From assembly GCA_051313645.2 (NCBI GenBank), contig JBNRSN020000016.1, forward strand, positions 123,256,001 through 123,320,000: a stretch of 64,000 bases of DNA, given 5' to 3'. Under the pieces are notes generated by a model. It was not told where the DNA came from, did not search any database, and was given only the letters and a program-made list of their open reading frames with translations. The DNA comes from Centroscyllium fabricii. Taxonomy: Eukaryota. The position numbers and the translations under genes are program-made. The first letter of the stretch is position 1. Every line of letters starts with the position of its first letter. Positions 38,930 through 50,901 of this stretch are shown piece after piece.

Positions 38930-39620
38930 AAAGGCCGAAAAATTCGGTTGCTTGCGCCTCCCGTTAGCGCCCGAAGAGGGCTGTTAATGAGGCTGGCGCC
39001 TCCCGCGATAGTCAGTGTGGCGCTGGTGGTAGCCGGTTGCGCCCGCGGCTCTACGCGGCCGATGAAGTCATCGAAGTGCGCAGCGTCGCGCCCGCTGCCG
39101 TGCCGCCTGACGCTGCCCGCGACAGGGTCAGGGAGTCGTGCTTGCAGCAGGGGAGCGATATTTAAAGGAAAAGGTGCCGGGCGGCCATTTTTCTTGCTGG
39201 CCGACTGCTAGCATCTGTCCCCTCTGCCGTCCCCGGCCTTCCCCAATGCCCCCCTGCGGTGTGCTGGTTGTGCTCCGTGAGCCCAGCACTTCCCTCGAGT
39301 GCCGGGCTCCTTCGGCGGCATTCCGATCCCCGGCAGCCCAACGGGGCTCTGGCCCGAGCCGCGCTAGGCCACTCCCCTTTAATCAGGGGAGGACGGCCCG
39401 CAGTACCGCGGCGTGGCGCTCTGCATTGCGTGGCGCAGCGACCGAAATTCAGTTGCTGCGCCTAAAGAACGAGGTCAGGCGTCTGCAGTAGCGCCTGACC
39501 TCCTACTAGGGGCACTAAAACCGAATATCACGAGGAGTGGCGCGAACGTTAGCCGGGCGCCAAAAGTAGCGCACCGCCAAGGTTAGCGCCCCAAAATGGG
39601 CGCCGCTGAATTTTTCCCCC
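38930..39620. mobile_element. GC/CpG-rich putative MITE
   Basis: Imperfect inverted ends (GGCCGAAAAATTCGG / GCTGAATTTTTCCCC), repeated TAGCGCC motifs, sharp GC boundary. Confidence 0.55.
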
Positions 39621-40160
39621 CCGAAAGGAAGTTCATTCTTTTTACTGGAACAGACAAGTAGGGGTGGGAGAAATAAGAATTAAAACATTTTTTGGGAATC
39701 AATCAGGTTCACATGGAAAAACATCCCTGTTAAACTAGGACAAAAGAACAGGATTGTAAACGAAGGAAACTTTGAATTGAAACAGAACTTGAGTAGCAAC
39801 TTCACTTAAATTAATTTATGTAGTAAACTGCCATCTAGTGTGGTAAATGGAAATGTACTCAGTGCATTTCATAAAGAAATCAATGGACTTCCTAATTTAA
39901 CTGAGTAAAAAAGGATGTGGCTTTGCCCAAAGGCAGCAAAGAGATGAAAACGGGCTGATCAAATTGACCCGAAACAGAACAAAATTATGACGTACTAACC
40001 ACCCACAGCTAAAGGCTAGATCAATACAGCTGGGAACAGGAACAGCCACATCTCCTTAGGAAGGAGGTTGGATGCAGTGGCCTGGACATCGGCACTAAAG
40101 TTCAACACAGATGTAAATCATACACACACACAGAAAGAAAATGTTCCAAAAGAGGCTTAC

Positions 40161-40211
40161 CATCTTCTGGGGGAGCAGGGAAGGGATCGGTCCTCCGGGG
40201 TGGAGTCCGAG
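40161..40211 (-). CDS. KATNB1: KATNB1 51-nt exon
   Basis: AG/GTAAG; ARTPPRRTDPFPAPPED. Confidence 0.93.
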
Positions 40212-41106
40212 CTGTCACAAAAACACACCAATCAGAGAAGGCAACAACATTTCACGTTATATTTTCAAATACTTTACCCTCAATGTAATAAGAGAACTGC
40301 TTATATGTTAAAAAGACACTCCAATTTAAAAAAAAACTTACACGTAACATTGAAGAGCTCCTAACATTCATTTTAATACAACAGTGTGGCCCTAAAACAA
40401 ATGTTCCTGCTAACAGGGCTACGCAGCATTTTTAGGTCTATTTGCACCCCATCACTCTGGGCTATTCAGGCAGCAGTATGCTGGTGTGTGTCTGGACAGA
40501 ATGCACAACCAGATTCTGTAATGCAAATGCAGTTTCAGATGTAGTTAAGCTAATTTGGCACAGACATTCACTGCAACGATCAGTGAAAAGGAACATGGCA
40601 ACCATAATGGCAGATGCAGAGATAGGATTGTGCGATTTCCCTGCTCTCTGACCGTCAATTTCAACTGCAGTGCACTTAAAAAATTACAAAAAAAACCTTC
40701 CCAAATATGTTTCCAGTGAGATACTCTAGTTTAAAAAAAAAATGAACTTCAGAAATAAGGGTGCATGATATTTTCATGGGATGTGAACTTGCAAGAGTTT
40801 ATCACCAACGTGCTCATTTCAAACGCCCCTATGAATCAAAGAAAGATCGGAGAACTTAGAAATTGTAAGTATATTTAGTTATAAAATACTTGATTTTTAC
40901 TCTGATCATAAAACCAATAAACTAATTGATGACCTTGGAAGGCGATGTTTCAGTAATTATCATCTCCCAGGAATGCCAGCATTTCCAAAATGGACAGATT
41001 CCACAACTTCTCACGTCCACTGGAGTGATTTTACTGACTCCATAAAATTCTTTGCATCCCAAGTGTGATCAGTACAGGCAGAATTAGAGAAAGGAGTCTC
41101 ACTGAC

Positions 41107-41243
41107 CAATGGCATTTTGTGCCTGAAAGATCTCCTTGTATTCCTCTGGGTTTCGAATTTCTGCGGTTGACTCCTTGTCGTCCTTCTCTTCCTCCCCGCT
41201 CGGGATGCGCCCTTCACTCTCTGGCTCCTCTTTCACTTTACTA
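41107..41243 (-). CDS. KATNB1: KATNB1 exon with CAGTAG tandem acceptor
   Basis: SKVKEEPESEGRIPSGEEEKDDKESTAEIRNPEEYKEIFQAQNAI; alternative in-frame start at 41240. Confidence 0.9.
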
Positions 41244-41519
41244 CTGAGACAACAGTTTGCATTTATTTATCTGGGGGTGGGGGGAAATAGCTACACTAGA
41301 TCAACTAGAGAAAGTGCCTAAAACAGCTGGAGATGGTCCCACTCCAAAGCACTGGGGCCCATTATCCACGTGTACCTGATACCGAGTACCCTGAAATATC
41401 AAATGGGTCTGTTGCCCTAGTGATTTGATGATATAATCAAAATTTGCCAGTGTTTAAAATAGGATTTTAGTGAAGTACAAAAGGTGGGCACGTTAACATT
41501 TTTATGCAATTGCTCTGTA

Positions 41520-42716
41520 GACTTTTTGAGGATGTATCTGGTAAAATAGATAAGGGAGAACCAGTAGACCAGTATTTGGATTTTCATAAAGCTTTCGATA
41601 AGGTCCCTCATAAGAGATTAGCGTGCAAAATTAAGGCTCATGGGATTGGGGGCAAAGTATTGACTTGGAGAGAGAACTGGTGGGCAGATAGAAAACAGAG
41701 AGTTGGAATAAACGGGTCGTTTTCCGAGTGGCAGGCAGTGAGTAGTGGGGTACCGCAAGGATCGGTCCAAGGACCCCAGCTGTTCACAATATATATTAAT
41801 GATCTGGACGAGGGAATTGGGTGTAATATCTCCAAATTTGCAGACGACACAAAGCTGGGTGGGAGGGTATGCTGTGAGGAGGATGTCGAAAAACTCCAAT
41901 GCAATTTGGACAGGTTGGGGGAGTGGGCAAATGCACTACAATGTGGATAAATGTGAGGTTATCCACTTTGGTGGCGAAAACAGGGCAATAGATTGGGAGA
42001 TGGGGAAGTGCAAAGAGACCTGGGTGTTCTTGTGCACCAGTCACTGAAGGTAAGCATGCAGGTGCAATAGGCAGGTAAGGCGGCAAATGGTAAGTTGGCA
42101 TTTGTAGCAAGAGGGTTCGAATACAAGAACAAGGATGTCTTGCTGCAGCTCTACAGGACCTTGGCGAGACTACACTTCGAGTATTGTGTGCAGTTTTGGT
42201 CGCCTCATCTGAGGAAGGGCGTTCCTGCCATTGAAGGAGTGCAGCGAAGATTCACCAGGCTGATACCTGGGATGGCAGGAATGACGTATGGGGAGAGATT
42301 GAGTCGATTGGGCTTATACTCACTGGAGTTCAGACGATTGAGAGGGGATCTCATCAAAACCTTTAAAATTCTTTCAGGCCTGGACAGACTGGATGCAGGA
42401 AGGATTTTTCCGATGAAAGGGGAGTCCAGAACCAGGGGCCATAGTCTAAGGATAAGGGGAAAGCCATTTAGGACTGAGATGAAGGGGAATTTCTTCACCG
42501 AGAGTGGTGAACCTGTGGAATTCTCTACCACAGAGGGTGGTGGAGGCCGGTTCATTAAATATATTCAAGAAGGAGTTGGATATATTTCTTCAGGCTGAAG
42601 GGATATGGGGAGAAGGCAGGGACAGGGTACTGAATCTGAAAGATCAGTCATGATCTCATTGAATGGTGGAGCAAGGGCCAAATGGCCTACTCCTGCTCCT
42701 ATCTTCTATGTTTCTG
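41520..42716 (+). mobile_element. CR1 LINE, 5'-truncated
   Basis: ORFs 41504-41950 (LDFHKAFDKVPH, GVPQGS, KFADDTK) and 42095-42598. Confidence 0.93.
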
Positions 42717-44018
42717 GCCACTAGCATATCAGTAAAACGCAATGGCAACTACATGAAACTTTTGTACTATGCCCACTTGAATTGTGAAAAACATCCAGCA
42801 GCTTGGAGAGAGCCTCTCGAGGTACTTAATACCAAGTTGATTACAGGACTGTCACTGGTGATAGTGGAAGAAAGCAAATTGAGGTGCTTAATGGGAGAGT
42901 ATCTCCAAAGCAGCCTACTGGCAGAGTGAATACTTTGCCCTAAAGTGTATTGGTATCAAGATGTTCAAATAAAATGACCTGTTTTCACATTCTATGTTGG
43001 ACTAATGGATTCCCCCAGAATAATGGAGGCGATAAGAGACTCACGTAGACCACTTTCTTTTTTTTTGGGGGGGGGGGCAAAGGCCAGCCTTAGACATACA
43101 TTGTCATTTCATGCAGCACAATATGCATGTAATAGTCTATCACACAGTAAAACGTAAGTCAATAAAGCATGTGTTGTTAGAATCCAATCCAATAAGACAG
43201 ATAACAAAAATAAATGCAAGATTTAGGACAAAGAGTAAAAAGATATTTTTTTTATAAATAGAGGGTTGTGAGAAATGTTCCCTGCTTTGTCCTGAGCAGC
43301 CCGTTTCTTTTAAAGCATGGTCCCTTTATATTTCTGCGCACGTGCGGAATTCAAGTTGTAAAAGCCGGTGAGGGGCCTGCGCGGGACCTTTCCCATTACT
43401 GCACAGCCACGCAACTTAGACAGAATATTGGTTGTGAGGCTGTGAATTGCACTACTAGAGTTAGTGATTGAAGCAGAGACCATGTCAACTTGTAAGAATA
43501 AGTTGGGATGAGTGATTAAGACAACACTGATTCGTTGGGCCAAATGACCTTTCGCTGTGTTATAATTTCCATGCAATAAGCAAATGCTTACCATGGCAAA
43601 TTACTTTTATATGTAGAAATTTCAGGGCAATTGTGAACAAGCTGACTAAGAGGGGATACCCTGGAGAAACAGCAAGAGGATTAGCGAAAGGAATAAAAAT
43701 GCTATGGAGTGCTAGGGAAGTGCTGAACTCTATTCCAAATGAACCGGCTTGTAATCTGCTTCAGCTACTGCTCTTGGTCCCAAGGTTGTGATGATGGAAA
43801 TCTCATCAGACAAGAGACTATTTCTGAAATGGTCAATGTTCCCTGCATGGGAGGGGGGGCATGCGAAAGGGGCAGAAATAAATATTCAAAGTAGCTCTCT
43901 TTTTGCCCAATACGATGAAAATGCTACAGCAAAATACTGCAGATGCTGGAAATCCGAAATAACAGAAAATGCTGGAAAAACTCAGTAGGCCAGGCAACAT
44001 CCATGGAGAGAAACATAG

Positions 44019-44054
44019 TGTCGACGTTTCGGGTTAGGAACCTTTGTCAAGACT
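44019..44054 (-). ncRNA. Minimal type I hammerhead ribozyme motif (U3:A8 variant)
   Basis: AGUC-UUGACAA-AGGUUCCUAACCC-GAAA-CG-UC/GAC. Confidence 0.65.
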
Positions 44055-44452
44055 AAAGCATGGAAATGAAAGAGGTAGGAAGGCCGGGGGAGCTGGGAGG
44101 ATGCAGAAAACAAAGAGAAGAGAGAACAAAGAGAAAAGACGTTAAGAGGTATTCAATGCAGATGCAGCTGTGTTCAGAAGGCCGCTGTAGATTAGGTGTG
44201 AAAAGCACTAGCAGAATGGGAGGGGGCTGCTACGAGAGAGAGAAGAAAAAAAAAGGGCGTGGATAAAAATATTGGGGGCCGAAGTTATGATCTGAAATTG
44301 TTGAACTCGATATGGAGTCCGGAGGGCTGTAGAGTGCCTGTTCACAGCCGCATCTAATACCTCTCAGCAGATTTTCTCTTTGTTCTCTCTTCTCTTTGTT
44401 TTCTGTTCCCTCCCAGCCCCCTGCCTTCCTACCTCTTTCATTTCCTGGCTTT

Positions 44453-44488
44453 AGTCTTGACAAAGGGCTCGAACCTGAAACGTTGACT
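44453..44488 (+). ncRNA. Minimal type I hammerhead ribozyme motif (U3:A8 variant)
   Basis: AGUC-UUGACAA-AGGGCUCGAACCU-GAAA-CG-UU/GACU; stem I AGUC/GACU, palindromic AACGUU. Confidence 0.65.
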
Positions 44489-44731
44489 CTATATTTCTCT
44501 CCACGGATGTTGCCTGACCTGCTGAGTTTTTCCGGCATTTTCTGTTATTACGATGAAAGCGCTTTTGGTCCTCGCGGAGCTTGGACAAAGCCAAACCAAT
44601 GCCTGGTAAATCACAATTGTACAGAAACTGCAAATAAAGCAGTGAAAAGAAAGGAAATGTTTAGTCGAACAACGCGGAGTTGAAAGGATCAGGAGCTCCT
44701 CTTTGCTCTAACCGAATAGAAACTGCTGTAC

Positions 44732-44919
44732 CTTTGTGGCCCGCTGCAGGTGGTTAGTGGCCGCTCGTAGTTGCGCCGGAGTGCGGCTCCTTTCGTCACT
44801 GGCAGATTGAACAGCTTTTCATCCTCAACTACGCCCTGGACAATAGAACCAGTCTTCTTCACACGATTCAGATCCACCACGAACGTCGAGACTGTCACCT
44901 GACTGAACGAAGCTCCGAT
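44732..44919 (-). CDS. KATNB1: KATNB1 exon
   Basis: AG/GT; IGASFSQVTVSTFVVDLNRVKKTGSIVQGVVEDEKLFNLPVTKGAALRRNYERPLTTCSGPQ. Confidence 0.93.
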
Positions 44920-45898
44920 CTATTATATAAACAAAGCACCGAGTGATTTGAAATAGCACTTTGAGGTGAACAGTAAAGGACGTCTGCCCCTCTTGTGCTG
45001 AACAGGCAGCACATTTGTTCAGAGCAAAGTTGTGTAAGGTACCAAGTCTGTCACATGCAATCCAGTAGAAAAATCAGATTCCATTCATTTTAGAAAATGT
45101 AATATTACTTACTAGCCATTTATTTCATTCTATGGCACACAAGCAGCTTTGTTTATCAGGAACATGATCATTTGTTTTTTATATTAGTTCCTAGGATGTT
45201 GGATGATAATTTAGGGTATTGAGTAAACAGAAGTCAGTCCAATCAACAAGGCACAATTCAGAGCTTTAAACCAGGACAAATCACCCACACAGAATACTAC
45301 ACCATCCACCAACTTCACCAATGGGAACATGCAGGACAGTAGGCTGCAGCAAGATGTTGAAGACAGTAATTTAATTGAACAGTTATGATGTTTCAACAGT
45401 CCAAATGTCAGCAGACACCTGGTAAATTACTGCTTTAATCTCAGGTCCAGCGCATGATTTGCATTTCCACACAGCCACCTCATGAAGTCACTTGCCCCCC
45501 GCCCCCCGCCTCCCCCCCCACCCCCAAATCATTAAGACTCAAGTAGATTCCACTTCTGCAAATCACACGTCCCCTCTTTTAATGAATTTACTATAACGCA
45601 AGAATCGCAAGGAGGCCAATACACGTCATGGACCATCACTCTCACTTTGCAGTCTATTGCTAAATCCCTATTGACAAGTTCACTCAAATCAGCAGGGTAA
45701 AGCATTCTTGTTAATCACAAACACGTGAAACAGATGTTGGTGTCAATAACTCATCATGAAATATATTGGGACATTTTGTTGCAATTAAGAGCTGCCTCCG
45801 GTTGGAAATGGCCCCGTACAGCACGTGAGGTGGAAGCTTAGCTTTCCCCAACAACACTGACTGTGGCCCTGAGGTGCAACAGACATGCGGATACTGTA

Positions 45899-46393
45899 CA
45901 GGTTGTGCACCATTAATCCGCCACGGGCGGGACCAGGCCCGTGCCGGGAAATGGAAAAAACCGGGAGAACGAGGTTGGACACTGCGCATGCGCACCAGTC
46001 AAAATGGCCACGGCATGCGCGCAACATTGGGATTGGCTGGCGCGCGCATGCGCAGATCGGGCCCGGGTCCGCCGTCCCTCTCCATCGCCTTTCGGGTTGC
46101 TGCTGCCGCCGAGCCGGACTCAGGCTGACAGCTGTTGCCCAGTGACTGTCCGCCTCAGTCACGGGGCTCAGCTGTGGAGAAAATAACCGGCGGCCGTATT
46201 GAATTATCTGCGCATGCGCTAATCATTCAAAACACCCGGCAGCTGTTTTGAATGATCTGCGCATGCGCAGATCATTCGCTGAAGCCACAATGGCGGCGGC
46301 CATCTTGCGCATGCGCAGTGCAGTCAGGGCAATTTGTGCCGGCAGACTGAAGCTGCCGGCTATTCGGGACACGGATTTTCGGTGCACAACCTG
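45899..46393. mobile_element. Tigger-like MITE rich in TGCGCATGCGCA motifs
   Basis: TA|CAGGTTGTGCACC...GGTGCACAACCTG|TA. Confidence 0.9.
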
Positions 46394-47232
46394 TAATATG
46401 CATATATCTCAGGAGCAAAAAGGAGAAACAATGCTTCAAAAAGCAATGGGAAAACAGTTGATAATATGAGCAAATTCTGCCCAAGATGGCCAGTTACTCA
46501 CTATGTTGCACATGCCTCGTTTTTCTCCTCACAATGACATCCCTGGTTCTGCAAAAAAACTCTACATCCATTCAACTAATTTGCTTCAGAATTTTAAAAA
46601 TTCAGATCATGTTCCAAAATTAAATTACTCCAGTAAGATTAGATTGTGTTTCTTTAGCTTCTACTCACGGCTCATTTGATTCAAATCTAAATCTTCTTTG
46701 AACCCTTTCCATTGTCCCCACCTCATTTTCTAAGCATAGTGACCACAAAGAACAAGTCGCATTTCTCAAGCACCATAATCATGTGCCTCAGAAATATGCA
46801 ACTGATTACTTTGAAACTCAGTGACGTTTGTTAGGTAGGTGGGTGAATACAGCAGCCATTTTTCACACAAAATCTCAAGGGGAGTAAGATGAATGAGCAG
46901 TGAATCTATTTTTGATGGTATTGGTCGAGGGAGGAATTTTGGCCGGGACGCCAGGAGAATTCCCCAAGAGATCACAAATGGACACACACACCATGATCAG
47001 ACTAATTTGTAATCTACCAATATGCTTATACATCTCAATGTTAATGCTTTCATCATTTATCTATTACATTCAAATCTATTTGCTTAGCTATGCAATTTCC
47101 TCTTAGCATCATAATTCTTATTAACACCAAGGTGCGTTTCTTTTTATTTCTTGTAAGAATTCCACTACTTAAGGACGAGGGCTTCTCTGGGCAGTTTCTG
47201 CAGCTCTATACCCATGCGTGTGCAATACATAC

Positions 47233-47383
47233 CAACTGATTGGAACAGATGGCGAGATCCACTGCTCTACCCCAGTTAACTGGCAGTACATCAAAACAGC
47301 GGGGAGGTTCCCAGCCATAGACATGCAACGAATCCTGAGAACCACTGTAGAGACAACAGCCATCTGGGTTGAATAAAATACAC
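47233..47383 (-). CDS. KATNB1: KATNB1 exon, WD40
   Basis: AG/GT; [50 protein letters not shown]. Confidence 0.95.
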
Positions 47384-47646
47384 CTAAAAACCAAAAGGAG
47401 AATGAGAAAAGGTATTAAGTTTAACAGTTTCCTCAATCGAGGGGGCGGGGGAAATCAACAAGAATTCCCAGTCATGAGCACAAAGCCCCGCTGGAAAGTC
47501 TGTGTGTATGGATGCCAGGTGAGGACAGGATCAGTCTTGACCGTGATGCCACTCCCTGCGGAATAGCTAGCTAATACTAAGCAGTCTAGGCTCAGACTAG
47601 TCACTTGAACAAGATATTGGCAGGCTGTTAGGATCCAGGGAGAATA

Positions 47647-48245
47647 GTGGTGGAGACAGAGCTGCACTTCCTCACAACTTGCGAAAATTATCAGGGAATA
47701 AGGGGAAATTTCTTCCCAAAATTTGCAACAACATGTCCTGAATTCAAAAATTTGACCGACCACCAGAAACTCCCATACCTATTAGGGGAACAGAGGGAAT
47801 GTGTAAAACTAGCGGCAAACTACGTCACAGCTTGCCATAAGCAGAGGGACAACCAGTGACCATTGAAGCTAGGATGAGCATACAAGCTCTATATGCGGGT
47901 ATAAATGTACATGTGTGCGTAACTAATGTACGGTTGTCAAGACGTCTACTAATGTATTATTCTATGTATTACGTCTACTAATGTATTATTTTTATGTATG
48001 TTACAATGTATGTTACAATGCTCTACTAATGTAATTTTTTTGTGTATGTTACAATGCTTTGGCAACAACGGTTGATACTAATGTATTATTCTATGTATTA
48101 CGTCTACTAATGTATTATTTTTATGTATGTTACAATGCTCTACTAATGTAATATTTTTTGTGTATGTTACAATGCTTTGGCAACAACGGTTGATACCATT
48201 CATGCCAATAAAGCTATTTGAATTGAATTGAATTGAAATTGAATA
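47647..48245 (+). mobile_element. Non-LTR retrotransposon 3' end (RTE-X-like) with (GAATT)n tail
   Basis: Open ORF end VETELHFLTTC...KLPYLLGE...AANYVTACHKQR*, AT-rich internally duplicated UTR, AATAAA then a GAATT repeat. Confidence 0.75.
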
Positions 48246-48610
48246 CAACTGCTTTTAGAAAACTGGAGAAAATGGGGAACAAAAAAAAAAGATAGTGCCC
48301 ACCCACCCAGTATCAGGACACATTTTTAAGCTCCCAGCCAACAGACCAGGACATCCTGTACCAGAGGAAATCAGCAGGCTAAGACTGCTATTGGTGGTAT
48401 ATTTGTTGTATGAGTGCATCATGAACAATGTACCAAACATAATTTCCAAAGCTCATCAGCACTGCCACTTCAAAAAAACATGCAGGGGCGAGTAGTGTTC
48501 GCACCCACTACCCGGCCCCGCCAGCGTACACACATTTGCGGTTCCCGAAAAATCACCGAGCTGCAATGCGGTTTATAACACACCAACCCTCTCAACATAG
48601 CCCCTCGTAC

Positions 48611-48682
48611 CTGACAGGAGTGCTCTCTACTTCCGTGCAGCTCACCATCTTAAACTTTTCTAGATCCCAAAACTTTATCGTC
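48611..48682 (-). CDS. KATNB1: KATNB1 exon, WD40
   Basis: AG/GT; TIKFWDLEKFKMVSCTEVESTPVR. Confidence 0.95.
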
Positions 48683-49599
48683 CTGAAAGCAGGGGGAGAG
48701 GGGGGGGGGGGGGGAAAGAAAAGGGAAATAAGTTCTTGTGGAACATCAATGCAAAGTAGTGTCCGTCTTTCCAATCATTACTGTATCCACACTTGATGGT
48801 TCAGGAAAATTATTTTTACAAGATGAATTTTCAGGTTAACGCACATCAGGGAACAAATATTTTATATTTAACCCAACACAATTAGAAAGGAGAGGCCAAT
48901 GGACTCTTTTTGCTTCAACGATTTGTCTTGTTTTCCTACACCACTCTTCCATCACAATAAGTGCTGATTGTTTCACAATAGATTAATACATTCTATTGCG
49001 TGATAAGTGAATCAATAGGCAAAACTTACTGCCTAACACATTAACTCAGGGCCCTACATCGAATCCACCTAAAATGCAGTCAACAGCATTGTTGAAGCAG
49101 ACTTTGCACCTAAGTCCATTCCTGCTGCTACTGTGGTGTCTGAATAGGGCCTTGACCCGCTTTAAGCTGATTGCGCCACCCAGACCAATCTAGGCAATTC
49201 TATTGTTAACAAGCCATTTACAACCCGAGGGGGAACTATCTCCTTTGAGCTGCTGATATTAAGGGGATAGCAAGAGGGTTTCGCAGTGGTCAAATTTAAC
49301 GCAATGTAAAAGAAACACTTGTATTTATGTAGAGTCTTTCACCACCTCAGGATGTCCCAAATCGCTTTACAGCCCCTTGCATTTATATAGCGCCTTTAAT
49401 GTAGGTGTTAAAATATTTTTGAAGTGTAGGCACTGTTCTAATGTAGGAAATGTGGCAGCCAATTCGCACACAGCAAATCAACTCCCACAAACAGCATTAA
49501 GTTTACGACCAGATCATTTATTTTAGTGGTGTCGAGGGATAAATGTTGGCCAGGACATCCCCACGGAGAAGCTGAAGGACTGAAAATTAAGTTATACAG

Positions 49600-50045
49600 T
49601 CATAGTGTCATAGAGTTATACATCACAGAAAGAGGCCCTTCGGCCCATCGTGTCCGCGCCGGCCATCAAACCCTTTCTATTCTAATGCCATTTTCCAGCA
49701 CTTGGTCCGTAGCCTTGTATGTTATGGCATTTCAAGTGCTCATCCAAATGCCTCTTGAATGTTGAGGGTTTCTGCCTCTACCACCCTTCCAGGCAGTGAG
49801 TTCCAGATTCCAACCACCCTCTGGGTGAAAAAGTTCCTCAAATTCACTCTAAACCTCTTGCCCCATACCTTGAAACTATGCCCCCTGGTTATTGACCACT
49901 CTACTAAGGGGAAAAGTTCCTTTCTATCTACCCTATCGATGCCCCTCATAATTTTGTACACCTCAATCAGGTCCCCCCTCAGTCTTCCCTGCTCTAAGGA
50001 AAACAACCCCAGCCTGTCCAGTCTTTCTTCATAGCTGAAGCGCTC
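49600..50045 (-). mobile_element. CR1 LINE 3' fragment, adjacent to a Deu-SINE fragment at 49312-49565
   Basis: ORF 49740-50072, same subfamily as 35760. Confidence 0.9.
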
Positions 50046-50106
50046 ATTAATGTTGATCCAAATTGTGGGCACCAGTGACTAATCTCAAAGCAGCATCCAT
50101 TCTGAC

Positions 50107-50222
50107 CTGTCTGAGCTGCCTGAAGCCAGCAGATACTCGTTGGGGTGGAACTCCACAATGTTTACAGGTCCAGTGTGGTCCGTGAATTCCGTTAGAATTT
50201 TTGCCGCCGACAAATCCCACAG
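50107..50222 (-). CDS. KATNB1: KATNB1 exon, WD40
   Basis: AG/GT; [39 protein letters not shown]. Confidence 0.95.
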
Positions 50223-50901
50223 CTGAATATTTTAAAAAAGGGGAAAATAAATCACATGCACTGAAGATAGCAACTCCTTCCATCTTCATGGATATAGATA
50301 CAACACAGGTAAATTTCACTAGTATCGCTTTTCAATGTCAGGAAACAAATCTAGCTGGGAATTACAGCCTATAAACGCATCGCTAGCCTTAATTTCAATG
50401 GACTCACTTACTATAAAAAAGACATCTTCATGTGTATTTATTATTTTCTAAATATAGAGTGTAACTTCAGTGGGGTTTTTTCTTTTTACATTCATTAGAC
50501 AAGGGACGCCCTTTTCCACTTTGATATCCAGTCTCAGCAGCAAGCACCTCCAAGTCACATACATTGGCTGAATGCAGAGTCAAGTCTCCCTCTACACTGC
50601 CAGACAATATACCTTAAAAAGCAGGGAAGGAAAGTTCAAGGGAATACTTTTTCCTTAAAAGATCTTCTGCCTACTGAAAAAAACACTGGAATGGCTTGAC
50701 ATTTTAAAAATTAAATCAAACTCCATCTCAACAGACATCCAGAATACAGATCAATTAATCAGCTGATAAGTTACAACATTGACTTACAGTATCTGAAGAA
50801 GTAACCAGAATATTTTTTATGGATTTCAGTGTCTTTGGAGGGTTTATTTGATGATCCAGAGCTGCCCAGCTTGAAAATATAGGCTACTGACAATACAAGT
50901 A

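Larger units (their letters stand above)
43921..44548. mobile_element. Penelope-like element remnant: inverted terminal repeats, GIY-YIG C-terminal tail, 10-bp TSD
   Basis: TACGATGAAA at 43911-43920 and 44549-44558; - strand 44338-44285 reads GTLQPSGLHIEFNNFRS*; inverted arms of about 130-190 bp. Confidence 0.87.

Noticed and set aside
38930-39620. CpG-island promoter inside KATNB1
   Set aside because: Sharp edges and inverted ends fit a GC-rich MITE; no linked first exon is seen
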